Source: Octopus sinensis
Taxonomy: Eukaryota
Direction: 5' to 3'
NCBI RefSeq assembly: GCF_006345805.1
Contig: NC_043019.1
Location: forward strand, 12,523,360-12,587,359
Length of the DNA stretch: 64,000 nt
In this document: positions 51,602 to 64,000 of the stretch, piece by piece
Layout of the letters: every line of letters starts with the position of its first letter
How positions within the stretch are numbered: position 1 is the stretch's first letter
Notes under the pieces: model-generated
What the model was told of the DNA's origin: nothing
Database searches by the model: none
Seen by the model: only the letters and a program-made list of their open reading frames with translations
Made by a program: the position numbers and the translations under genes

Positions 51602-51734
51602 TATGATGCGTCATATGTGTCTGAAAATGGGGAACTTTCTACAAAAACTGGCAAAGTGAAACGCAGGTTTCGAGAATTCTGCACGCTACAACAGAAACTT
51701 GAAGAAAGGAACGTCTATAAGAAATGCTTGAAAG
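51602..51734 (+). CDS. SNX19: Internal coding exon, PX domain of a sorting nexin (SNX19-like)
   Basis: Acceptor TTTTTTTATTTGTCTTTACAG|, donor AAAG|GTAAAT; 133 nt, phase 0 to phase 1; YDASYVSENGELSTKTGKVKRRFREFCTLQQKLEERNVYKKCLK resembles SNX19 YETA...VNRRYREFLNLQTRLEEK..RKFIK as recalled. SNX13/14/25 cannot be fully excluded. Confidence 0.75.
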
Positions 51735-53000
51735 GTAAATACTTACGTTTACATTATAAGATATTGATTTTAGCAACTTCAAAAGATAACAAATAAACCG
51801 TTTTTAACTCTGGAACTCAAAGTACACAAAGCATTTGATACTATCACGCAAAAAGATAAAAGACTTAGAAGATCAATAAACCCTGTTGACCCCAACCTGC
51901 TCATCACTGTCCTAGATTCTCTGATACGAACTTCTTTAAAAAAGGGGTCAAAATTAAAACCTTTCATCAAAATTTCCTGCTAATTTTTCTTCCAAATCCC
52001 AGCTTAATAATCAATCTTTTATCTTTTACTTGTTACAGTCGTCAGACTGCGGCCATGCTGGGGCACGTCTTGAAGAATTTTTAGCCGAGGGGTTTGACCC
52101 CAGTACTTCTTATTTTTTAAGCCTGGTACTTATTCTATCAGTCTCTATTACTGAACTGCTAAGTTACAGGCATGTAAACACACCAACATCAGCTGTCAAG
52201 TGGTGGTGGTGGTGGTGGTGGGGCACACATACACACATAGATATACATACATACATATACAATACATACATACATACATATACCATATATACATACATAT
52301 ACAATACAATACATACATACATACTATATGTGTGTGTGTAAGGTGACTAAGTACAGAAAAAATGCTCTCATATATCTGTCAGCAGAATGAGTATATACAT
52401 CGAAGTGTACAGTATTATATACCCATTACAGCTGATTATATCAATCAGTTTTGCACAAGGGGTTTAACAGTCATCATATTTCATTCCATAATGGCCATCT
52501 CCGATGAGCATAGGATTACATAACTGAGCCGCTAGTGTGAAAGTAGTTGGTAAGATCAGCAATAATGGATATATAATACTGTACGCTTTGATTAATATAT
52601 ATATATATATATTAATCAAGGAGTGGCTGTGTGGTAAGTAGCTTGCTTACGAACCACATGGTTCCAGGTTCAGTCCCACTGCGTGGCACCTTGGGCAAGT
52701 GTCTTCTACTATAGCCTCAGACCGACCAAAGCCTTGTGAGTGGATTTGGTAGATGGAAACTGAAAGAAGCCCGTCTTATATATGTCTATATATGTGTTTG
52801 TGTGTCTCTGTTTGTCCCCCACCAACATCATTTGACAACCGATGCTGGGGTGTTTACGTCTCCATAACTTAGTGGTTTGGCAAAAGAGATGGATAGAATA
52901 AGTACTAGGCTTACAAAGAATAAGCCCTGGGGTCGATTTGCTTGACTGAAGGCGGTGCGCCAGCATGGCCATAGTCAAACGACTGAAACATGTAAAAGAG

Positions 53001-53032
<32 letters not shown>

Positions 53033-53188
53033 TATTTATACACACACACATATATATATGCGTACATAAATGTCGAACGATGAAAATGAGTGCTCAACAC
53101 GGCATTGGTGGATATCAGTTCTTTATTTGTAAATTAAGGCTACCAATGGTTTCATGTTAAGAAATGTTGGAAAATATCCCAGCGTCTT

Positions 53189-53227
<39 letters not shown>

Positions 53228-56024
53228 ATATATATATATTATATTTATACAATGGGCTTCTTTCAGTTTCCGTGTACCAAATCTACTCACTAAACTTTGA
53301 TTGGCCTGTCCCTATTTTTGAAAATGAACTAAAACAAAAGCAGTCTATTTGAACAGAAATATGGTAAGAAAAGGGTTAAGGCACTCACTTTATTCATGGA
53401 AATAGCAAGAAGGGAATTACCACTTACAGAGGTGCAGGATAATCTGTACAGGATTATTATGTAAGAAAACTCTCCCACAAGGAAGCTAAACAAAAAAAAA
53501 ACAACTGCAAAAACCCCCAGCAAATCTTAAAAACCAGCCCAGCAAACGAACTGCCCCCCCCCCCGCCAACCACCTGTCATAGTAATTCTATCTTTAAGAA
53601 AAGTCTTTATAAATGGCAAACAATGACTTTTTTGTTGTTGCTATTTTGTTACTTTGGTTTCGGCTTCTGTGAACTTGTTGCTATGGCAAGTCTGTGGAAG
53701 TGCGATAGTTTTCATTTTATCTTTATTTTTTAATTTTTTTTGGGTGGCTTTCTTTTCTTTTTTTATATATTTTCTGCGGACTGTTTATTTAGCCATGGCA
53801 ATTGGTGAATAAAACTCCTGTCTGCTGCTGTTTTTTCCTACCAGTTTTACTCACTCACACCTACTACTTTTTTTGTTTTGTATATATTCTTAAAAGTCAC
53901 ATATAAGCAAGCATGTACTGTATATAATTTAAATATAGCGTATATATACATATATGGTATAATTGTATTCCTATGATGTAGATTGAATAAAAGCATTCTT
54001 TTTGCTGTAGCACTTTAGTAATAAAGTAACAAGCTGTTATTTTCAGTTTAGGCCATTTTCTATTTTCGATGTCGCTTACGTTTTCATTAACCTACATCTA
54101 ATTGACTGGCGTATAATTGATGTTACATATGCTGACGGCCCGAAATTACATTTCAAAAGAAGACCACCCAGTTATTTTGTTTCTCTTTTACCTATGAGCT
54201 TCCCCCCCCCCACCGGTTATTGGCCTGCAGCCAAGCTGGAGCACACACACTGAAGGGTTTTAGTCAAACTTATTGACCCCTGCGCATGATTCTTGGCTTT
54301 ACCCCATGCAACTCGAGTTCAATTCCTGGCATGAGAATGTTGATGCACATGTGTGACTGTGGTCGACAACCTCGCTTTCCACCCATGTGGTCTCTGGCTC
54401 AATCCCTATGTGCGGCACCTTGTTCAAATGTCTTTTTACTATAGCCCTGGGTTGACCAAAGCCTTGTAAGTGGATTTGGTAGACAGAAACTGATAGTTCA
54501 TTGTGTATATATATCATCATCATCATCGCTTAATGTCTGCCTTCCATGCTGGCATGGGTTGGACAGTTTGACAAGAGCTGGCCAGGCAGAAGACTGCACC
54601 AGACTTCTGTGTCTGTTTTGGCATGGCTTTTATGGCTGGATGCCCTTCCTAATACTGATCACCCCACAGAGTGGACTGAGAGCTTTTTATGTGGCACCAA
54701 TACAGGCAAAGTCAGTTTTGGCATGTTTTTAGAGCTGGATGTCCTTCTGAATGCCAATCACTTTACAGTGTGGACTGGATGCTTTGTGTGTGTGTGTGTG
54801 TGTGTGTGTTTGTGCGTGTGTGTGTGTGTATGTGTGTGTTCGTGTGTAAACCTGTCTTGACATTACTTGTTGGCTGTAAGTGAGCCTCACTGTTATACAA
54901 GCGATGCTGTTCGCTTCTAATCTCTCATGAAAAATGTCTGATCACGGGGAAATATTATTAACTTGCTTGGAAACAGTTCAGGGTTGGTGACAGAAAGGGC
55001 ATCCAGCCATAGAAAATCTACCTCAACAAAATCCTGTCAGACTTATGCAAGCATAGCGAAGAAGAGGTTAAATGAGGACGAGGCAGAGGAGGATAACTAG
55101 AGGGGGCTCTGCTTCTCAGAACCATCTAGTTTGTTGCCACCTCACTTAGACCCCACCCCTCCCCAAATCTTATTCCTCTTGTTATCAACCACATTACGTC
55201 CGTTGTCCTTTCTATCTTCCTCAGAAAGTACTTATGCCATGTTTTCCCTGCTGCTTATCGTTATTATTCTAATTAATTTATTGATTATTAGTTGAGTTGA
55301 TTTCATGTCTCCTGGAATGCCTCCAGACCAAATCATTTAAAAAAATATAAATACCATTTTCCTTTTGTTTTTTTGTTCACATCTAATTAATCCGGTCCAC
55401 ATTAATGGAAATGTGGAGGTGCATGGCTGTGGTTAGAGTGTTGGACTCACAATAGTAAGATTGTGGTTTCGATTCCTGGACCAGGTGGTGTGCCGTGTTC
55501 TTGAGCAAAACACTTCATTTCAGTTTGCTCCAGACCATTTTGCTGATGAAAACGAGTAATCCTGAGATGGACCGGCATCCCATCCTGGAAGGAATATATA
55601 CACCAGAGAAACGAGGAAACTGGCCCTATGCTCCTTACAGAATATTTGTTCCTCACTCACTAAGCCATCTCAAGGCAGTTCTAGTTAACCCTTATTTCTT
55701 ACTTAAGGGCGAACTATACTCAAGGATTTACAGTAGTTATATTTGCTCATCTTACTGTGTCCTACATGACTACAACTGTTTATTGCAGGGACTCTAAACC
55801 ATTTTTATTCTTTTATTCTTTTACTTGTTTCAGTCCTTTGACTGCGGCCATGCTGCAGCACCGCCTTTAATCGAGCAACTCGACCCCGGGACTTATTCTT
55901 TTGTAAGCCCAATACTTATTCTATCGGTCTCTTTTGCCGAACCGCTAAGTAACGGGGACATAAACACACCAGCATCGGTTGTCAAGCAATGCTAGGAGGA
56001 CAAACACAGACACAAACACACACA

Positions 56025-56066
<42 letters not shown>

Positions 56067-59053
56067 TACGACGGGCTTCTTTCAGTTTCCGTCTACCAAA
56101 TCCACTCACAAGGCATTGGTCGGCCCGAGGCTATAGTAGAAGACACTTGCCCAAGGTGCCACGCAGTGGGACTGAACCCGGAACCATGTGGTTGGTAAAC
56201 AAGCTACCTACCACACAGCTACTCCTGCGCGTTTATCTATAGATCCCTTTGATTACTATTTTATTCTGGTGGACCCTTAAAGCCATCCGATGTTTGAAAA
56301 CTAGGTTTTTAGAAACTCCTTTCAAAATTCCTATTTTGCTTTTCCCCGCATTTACTTCTGTTAAGCTGACCTATGTAAAACGATAGAAAAAGAAACCCAG
56401 CTGTTGTGGATCCCCAGTTTACTATTTTGTTACATGGACCCTCAAAAATTTTATATGGATCCCCAGGGGCCATATGGACTGCTGGTTTATTCTTTAAATT
56501 TCGACAAATGGTGTTATTGATTTGATGTTTATTTATGTTCACATCTCATCACCATCTCCTTAAGTGTACTTTAATCTCTTTATCTTTTATCATTTATGTG
56601 TTTTGGTCATTGGACTGTGGCTATGCTGGGGCACCTTCTTGAAGTGTTTAACGGAATGAGTTGACCTCAGTATTTATATTTTTAAGCCTACTATTTGTTA
56701 TTTCGATCTTTTTTGCCAAACTGCCAAAAAAAAAAAAACAGTTATGATGTCATAAAAAAATTAAAACCGGTTGTCAGACGGTGGTGGGGAATGAAGGCAA
56801 ACACACACAGATAGTCACAGACATACACAGGCACACACACACACACGGACAGACAGACGTGAAATGATATGGTGGGTTTTTTTCAGTTTCTGTCTGCCAA
56901 ATCCACTCACAAGGCATCGGTTAGACCAGGGCTATATTCTCTTATTCTTTTATTTGTTTCAGTCATTTGACTGCGGCCATGCTGGAGCACCACCTTTAGA
57001 GTCAAGCAAATCAACCCAGGCTTATTCTTTGTAAGCCTAGTACTTATTCTATCGGTCTCTCTTGCTGATCAGCTAAGTTATGGGGACGTAAACACACCAG
57101 CATCGGTTGTCGAGTGATGTTGGGGAAATAAACACAGACACACAAACATATACACACACATATACACACACATACACATATATATACATACGACAGGCTT
57201 CTTTCAGTTTCCGTCTACCAAATCCACTCACAAGGCTTTGGTCGGCCTGAGGCTATAGTAGAAGACACTTGCCCAAGGTGCCACGCAGTAGGACTGAACC
57301 CGGAACCATGTGGCTGGTAAGCAAGCTACTTACCACACAGCCACTTCTGTGCCTATAGTTAGAAAACATTCGCCCAAGGTGTCACACAGTGGGGCTGAAC
57401 CTGAAACAAAATGATTGCAAAGCAAGCCTCTTAACCACACAGCCATGAATTATTCCAAACAAAGATCCTGTTTATCTCCAGCTATATCTGATTAACAACT
57501 CTCTGCTTGTTTCTTGTTTGTTTATCCTTTTATGCCACTCATGTTTCTGGTTGGTTCTTGTTCACATTGCTTATCATTAGGATTTATTTATCTATTTTTT
57601 TTTATTTCATATTATTTTTTTTCTATTGCTGTCTCTAAATATGTTCTGTTTATCTCTGATAATCTTTCCCAATTATTTCTGACTATTTATGTCTGTAGTT
57701 GGTTATTCGGTTGTTCCTCGCTCACTAAGCCATCTCAAGGCATTTCTAGTCAACCCTTATTCCTTACTGTCCGTCTTTGACCATTCCTAGTTTTCGGAAT
57801 GTCCGTGAAGAGAGGTGTGGAAAATGTCACCCTGTGGTCAGACATGACAGACAAAGTATCATAAAGACACAATAATAAATTTTGTCAAACAAATCAACTC
57901 CAGTACTTGATGTTTTTTAAGTCTGTTACTTATTCAGCTGTTCTCTTTTGCCAAACTGCTAAGTTATGGGGATGTAAACAAACTAACACAATCACTACAG
58001 ATGCAGGATTGGTTGTGTGGTTAAGAAGTTCATTTTGCAACCAGATGGCCTAACCGATGCCTTGTGAGTGGATTTGGCAGACAGAAACTGAAAGAAACCC
58101 ACCATATCATTGCTTGCTTCAATTATAATCAACATATTCCAGTTTCTGGCCCCCAGACACTGTGATCTCTACCATTCACCAAAACACTCCCATCCTCTGG
58201 TCCACAGATATTCTGTCTCTCCCATCCAGCAACACTCCTCATCCTCTGGCCCTCAAATCTCCCCCACTCAGCAACATACACCAGTTTTTGGTCCACAGAC
58301 TCTGCTGCCCTTTCCCTCTACCTATTCCATTACTATTGTAATGGTTTTTGATCCAGCTGGTGCTGGTGGCACGTGAAACATTCGAGCGAGGTCGTCGCCA
58401 GTGCCGCTGGACTGGCTCCTGTGCAGGTGGGACATAAAAAGCACCATTTGGGTGTGGCCATTGCCAGTACCACCAAACTGGCCCTCGTACCGGTGGCACG
58501 TAAAAGCACCCACTACACTCTCGGAGTGGTTGATGTTAAGAAGGGCATCCAGCTGTAGAAACTCTGCCAGATCAAGATTGGAGCCTGGTTCACCAGATCT
58601 CAGTCAAATCATCCAACCCATCCTAGCATAGAAAGCGGACATTAAATGATGATGATGATGAACAAGTGTGTTGCATACTACCGACCCCTAGGATCATCTG
58701 ACACTTCTGTCACCCCTCTTGGTGTTACATATACTGTCTTCCCCTCCAGGACCCCTGCTCTCACACCTATTCCCAACCCTTCTTCTCCACCAAAATGCGA
58801 ACATCTTTTCTGTCTCATGTATGGCATCATTAATCAAATGACTAATGATGATCACACACCCATCTCTGGCAAATGTTATCTTTGTGTAGCTAAATCAAGC
58901 TAATAGTGACTTTGGTTAGTGGTTATCAGTGATGCTCACACAAGCCAATAACACCCACCTCTATTTATCATGGCAAATGATAGTCGTTATCTCATTATCT
59001 CTGATCAATATTGCCTATATTTGGGCACCTTTTGCCTTGATAATTATATCCCA

Positions 59054-59466
59054 AGGCGAGCTGGCAGAAACGTTAGCACGCCGGGCGAAATGCGTAGCCG
59101 TATTTTGTCTGCCGTTACGTTCTGAGTTCAAATTCTGCCAAGGTCGACTTTGCCTTTCATCCTTTCGGGGTCGATAAATAAAGTACCAGTTACACAATGG
59201 GGTCGATGTAATCGACTTAATCCATTTGTCTGTCCTTGTTTGTCCCCTCTGTGTTTAGCCTCTTGTGGGTAGTAAAGAAATAGGTATTTCATCTGCCGCT
59301 ACGCTCCAAGTTCAAATTCCGCCGAGGTCGACTTTGCCTTTCATCCTTTTGGGGTCGATAAATTAAGTACCAGTTACGCACTGGGGTCGATGTAATCGAC
59401 TTAATCCATTTGTCTGTCCTTGTTTGTCCCCTCTGTGTGTAGCCCCTTGTGGGTAATAAAGAAACA
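59054..59466 (+). mobile_element. SINE family D, full copy plus tandem 5'-truncated copy
   Basis: Unit repeats from ...GTTCAAATTCCGCCGAGGTCGAC at ~59310. Confidence 0.85.
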
Positions 59467-60104
59467 GATAATTATTATCCCAATAATGTTTGACTACTTT
59501 GGACTAATTTCGACGAGCTAGCCGCCTGTGTCCAGTTTTGATTATATCTAACCTCTCTCATCATGTACCATGTCCATAAGCATCAGTGATTACGGGTCTC
59601 CATGTCCATCTCTCCTACACAACATAGCACATTATTGGGATGATCTTTCTGAAACCAGCTGGTAAGGCTCCTTATAACTGGTAATATTTGCTCATTTGGG
59701 TACCAAGTTGTTCGTTATTCTATCTACCTTCAGCATTCTTTTAACGACCATTTAGCATTCAGGTCCTTCTGTCAAATGTAATGCTTATTTATTCACTTCA
59801 TCTTGGCTTAATCATGCATTATCTCATAGCTTTGATATTTCAACAGTATAATTGTTTTCGTTTAGAATGACATTGTAGGGTAGGTATGAAAGGCAAGACT
59901 CGGTCAGTTTGAACATTACACAAGGAGAACACTTGGGCCAGATACTTAACCTCGGACTGACCAAAACCTCGTGAGTGGATTTGGTAGGCAGAAACTGAAA
60001 GAAACATGTTGTATACACACACACACACACACACACAGACATATATATATATAGCAACGATATATATATATATATAATATATATACACACACACACATAA
60101 CGAA

Positions 60105-60177
<73 letters not shown>

Positions 60178-61729
60178 TACATATATATATATAATAATAT
60201 ATATATATATTATATATATATAGATATATATATATATATATATATGTAAAAAGCACTGAGTCCACTCTTCAGAGTGGTTGGTGTTTGGAAGGGCCTCCAG
60301 CCATAGAATCCCTGCCAAAACAGACACAATAGCCTTGGGTAGATTTTCTACTGGTCAGCTCCTGTCAACTGTCGTACCCATGCATACATAAAAGATAGAT
60401 GTTAAATGATGATGATATATATCTGTGTTTGTTTGTCCCCCCACTACCACTTGACAACCGATGTTGGTTTGTTTATATTCCTGTAACTTAGTAGGTCGGC
60501 AAAAAAGACCAATAGAATAAGTACTAGGTTTATAAAGAATAAGTCCTTGGGTTGATTTCTTTGACTAAAATGGCCACAGTCTAATGACTGAAACAAGTAA
60601 AAGAATAAAAGAACGGAATAATCACTACATCATTATTTTTGTTACTGCTTTATATTTGTTTTAGTCATTGGACTACGGCCAGCTGGAGCTTTGCCTTGAA
60701 GGATTTTGTCAAACAAATCAACTCCAGTACTTGATGTTTTTTAAGTCTGTTACTTATTCTGCTAAGTTATGGGGATGTAAACAAACCAACACAAGATATC
60801 AAGTGGTGGTGAAACAAAACATACACGCACACACACACACACAGATACATGACACGCTTCTTTCAGTTTCCGTCTGCCAAATCCACTCACAAGGCTTTGG
60901 TTGGCCTGGGACTAGTAGGAGACACTTACCCAAGGTACCAAACAGTGGGACTGAACCCAGAGCCATGTGGTAGGGAAGCAAGCTTCTTATTTCTTTATTG
61001 CCAACAAGGGGCTAAACATAGAGGGGACAAATGGATTAAGTCGATTACATCAACCCCAGTGCGTAACTGGTACTTAATTCATCGACCCTGAAAGGATGAA
61101 AGGCAAAGTCGACCTCGGCGGAATTTGAACTCAGAACGTAAAGACAGGCAAAATACTGCTAAGCATTTCGCCCAGCATGCTAATGTTTCTGCCAGCTCGC
61201 CGCCTTCTTACCATACAACCATCCTGTGCTTATTCAATTGAAAATCTAAATTTCTAACCTTCCCATGACTTGTCAGAAATGAGGGTAACACGGTTTTTTT
61301 TAATGATTTTAAAAAAAAATCTGATGTTGCATGTTTGATTTCACTATAAACAGCCAGTCCTGACCTGTGACCTGTCCAATCCTGGACTTAATTGCTTTGA
61401 TCTTATCTGATAACTGACCAGTAGAGAAGGATAAGAGTTGGAGATAAGACAGTTTTCCAAATGCAATTATAACATTGCATTTCTTCTTTTTTCCTTATTG
61501 AGCTAATCTTTATTCTGTGAAATCAGTAATTATTATTATTATTGTTATTATTATTAAGGTGGCGAGCTGGCAGAAATGTTAGCACACTGAGCAAAATACT
61601 TAGTGGCATTTTGTCTGTCTTTACGTTCTGATTTCAAACTCTGCCGAGGTTGACTTTGCCTTTCATCCTTTTGGGGTCAATTAAATAAGTCCCAGTTACT
61701 ACATCTGGCCTTCAGTGCTCTAACACCTT

Positions 61730-61749
61730 TATTATTATCATTATTATTA

Positions 61750-61797
<48 letters not shown>

Positions 61798-62149
61798 GGG
61801 TGGTGAGCTGCTGGTCGACTTTGCCTTTCATCCTTTCGGGGTCGATAAATTAAGTACCAGTTACGCACTGGGGTTGATGTAATCGACTTAATACCTATGT
61901 CTGTCCTTGTTTGTCCCCTCTGTGTTTAGCCCCTTGTGGGTAATAAAGAAATAGAAATAGGTATTTTGTCTGCCGCTATCTTCTGAGTTCAAACTCCACT
62001 GGGGTTGACTTTGGTACTTATTTGATTGACCCCAAAAGGATGAAAGGCAGTTATGCATTGGGGTCGATGTAATCGACTTAATCCCTTCCCCCAAATTTGA
62101 GGCCTTGTGCTGCCAGTAGAAAGGATTATTATTATTATTATTGTTATTA

Positions 62150-62197
<48 letters not shown>

Positions 62198-62560
62198 GGG
62201 TGGTGAGCTGCTGGTCGACTTTGCCTTTCATCCTTTCGGGGTCGATAAATTAAGTACCAGTTACGCACTGGGGTTGATGTAATCGACTTAATACCTATGT
62301 CTGTCCTTGTTTGTCCCCTCTGTGTTTAGCCCCTTGTGGGTAATAAAGAAATAGAAATAGGTATTTTGTCTGCCGCTATCTTCTGAGTTCAAACTCCACT
62401 GGGGTTGACTTTGGTACTTATTTGATTGACCCCAAAAGGATGAAAGGCAGTTATGCATTGGGGTCGATGTAATCGACTTAATCCCTTCCCCCAAATTTGA
62501 GGCCTTGTGCTGCCAGTAGAAAGGATTATTATTATTATTATTATTATTATCATTATTATT
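61730..62560. repeat. Near-identical 400-bp tandem duplication of (ATT)n plus SINE fragments
   Basis: GGGTGGTGAGCTGCTGGTCGAC at 61798 and 62198; the ORF track repeats with a 400-nt offset. Confidence 0.9.
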
Positions 62561-63233
62561 ATTATAATTGTTATTGTTATTACCTCCACCTTAGCGAAGT
62601 TGTGTTTGTTTGTTGGTTTGTCTGTGGACAAGATATCTCAAGAACTGCTGGATGGATTCAGATGAAACTTTCAGGGATGTTTGGATAAAAGGCAAAGTCA
62701 ACTTCAGAAGGATTTGAACTCAGAGCGTAGAGAGCTGGAGGAAATGTCGCTAAACATTTTGTCTGATGTGCTAACAATTCTACCAGTTCGGGGCCTTTAT
62801 GGTTTCCAATTTTGGCACGAGGCCAGTAATTTTAGCATGATGGAGTAAGTCACTTACATCAACTCCAGTGTTCAATGGGTACTTGTTTTATTGACCCTGA
62901 GAGGATGAAAGGCAAAGACAACCTCGGAACATAAAGTTGGAAGAAATTCTACAAAGCATTTTGTTCGATGCACTAACAATCCCACCAGTTTGCCATCTTA
63001 ATGGTTTCAAATTTTGGTACAAAGCCAGTAATTTTAGCAGGGTGGGGTAAGCCGATTACACATCCACCCCCAGTACTCAACATGTATTTTATTTTATTGC
63101 CCCCAAAAGGATGAAAAGGCAAAGCCAACCTCAGCAGGATTTGAACTCGGAATATAAGGAGCTGAAAATAGTGCCACTAAGCATTTTGTCTGATGCACTG
63201 ACAATGCCAGCTTACCATACCACCTTAATGCCA

Positions 63234-63525
63234 GCTCAACGACCCATGGTTAATAATCTCCTTCTTGTAGTGGGTAACCAGGAATGGCTATTTTCTGCTG
63301 TGGGAGCAGATCTCTCTCCTTCTCTCTCTCTGGCTAATTCCAGACAATTGTATGGGGGTGTGTAGAGTGGGGATCGGCTCAACGACCCATGATTAATAAT
63401 CTCCTTCTTGTAGTGGGTAACCAGGAATGGCTATTTTCTGCTGTGGGGGAGCAGATCGCTCTCCTTCTCTCTTTCTCTCTCTGGCTAATTCCAGACAGTT
63501 GTATTGGGGTGTGGAGAGTGGGGAT
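63234..63525. repeat. Tandem duplication, ~143-bp unit
   Basis: GCTCAACGACCCATG starts at 63234 and 63377. Confidence 0.9.
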
Positions 63526-64000
63526 AATTATTTATCTAAGAGATCAACTAAATATAACTAACACCAGACCAATCATCCTCAACTAGTGATAGCCAAACCA
63601 AGCCAAGCCAAGCCAAGCCAGGCCAAACTGAGCCAGTCAGCCAGCCAACAAACCAACCAACCAGCCATAAACATCCACCCAAAAACTACCAAGGGTAACT
63701 AAAGGTGTGTGGTGGTGTGTGGAGAGAGTGGAATAGATAGACATTACCCTAAAGAGTCTGTTGTCTCTCAGCTTATCTCTAGCTAACTTACACACACACA
63801 AAAACAACAACAGTATCTGTCATGTAAGCTTAACCTAGATTTCTGGGTTACTGTTTTGGTTTTATTTTTGTGTTGTTGTTTTTTTTTATATATCTTTTAG
63901 GTAGTTTTTCCTCTTGTTTTTCCTGTTTGTTTTTTTTTTTTTTCTGCATCAAGCAATTAAAATTTGGTTTGGATGGCTGTGAGAGAGGGAGGGAGAGAGA

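Noticed and set aside
51775-51984. 69-codon open frame just after the PX exon (…KAFDTI…) as the next SNX exon
   Set aside because: It would need a ~40-nt intron and the phase-1 frame hits a stop; no PX similarity. At most a faint RT fossil.
311-60327. Dozens of ORFs rich in YI/CV/HT/YVCM repeats
   Set aside because: They are translations of (TA)n, (TG)n and (TATG)n microsatellites and SINE bodies; no coding signal.

Overview
AT-rich, repeat-saturated animal genomic DNA. The SINE, microsatellite and LINE landscape is typical of an octopod cephalopod (Octopus-like; inference from repeat style). There is one 100-N scaffold gap at 49091-49190. Only one host coding exon is recognisable: 51602-51734 (+), a PX-domain exon most like sorting nexin-19. 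Almost all ORFs in the supplied track are microsatellite or SINE read-throughs. Mobile DNA includes at least five tRNA-derived SINE families built from shuffled modules, an RTE LINE 3' end with three C2H2 fingers, CR1/L2-type fragments, Tc1/mariner, piggyBac-like and hAT-like MITEs, two non-autonomous Helitrons and several fold-back elements. Two things stand out. (1) An old inverted duplication, about 24.6-32.0 kb versus 38.15-42.6 kb, with collinear non-coding blocks including a 102-nt core that is 100/102 identical; it could be a long-range RNA duplex or a duplicated enhancer. (2) A set of minimal type-I hammerhead ribozyme motifs sitting in Penelope-like inverted repeats. All alignments and counts were done by eye; no database searches were run.
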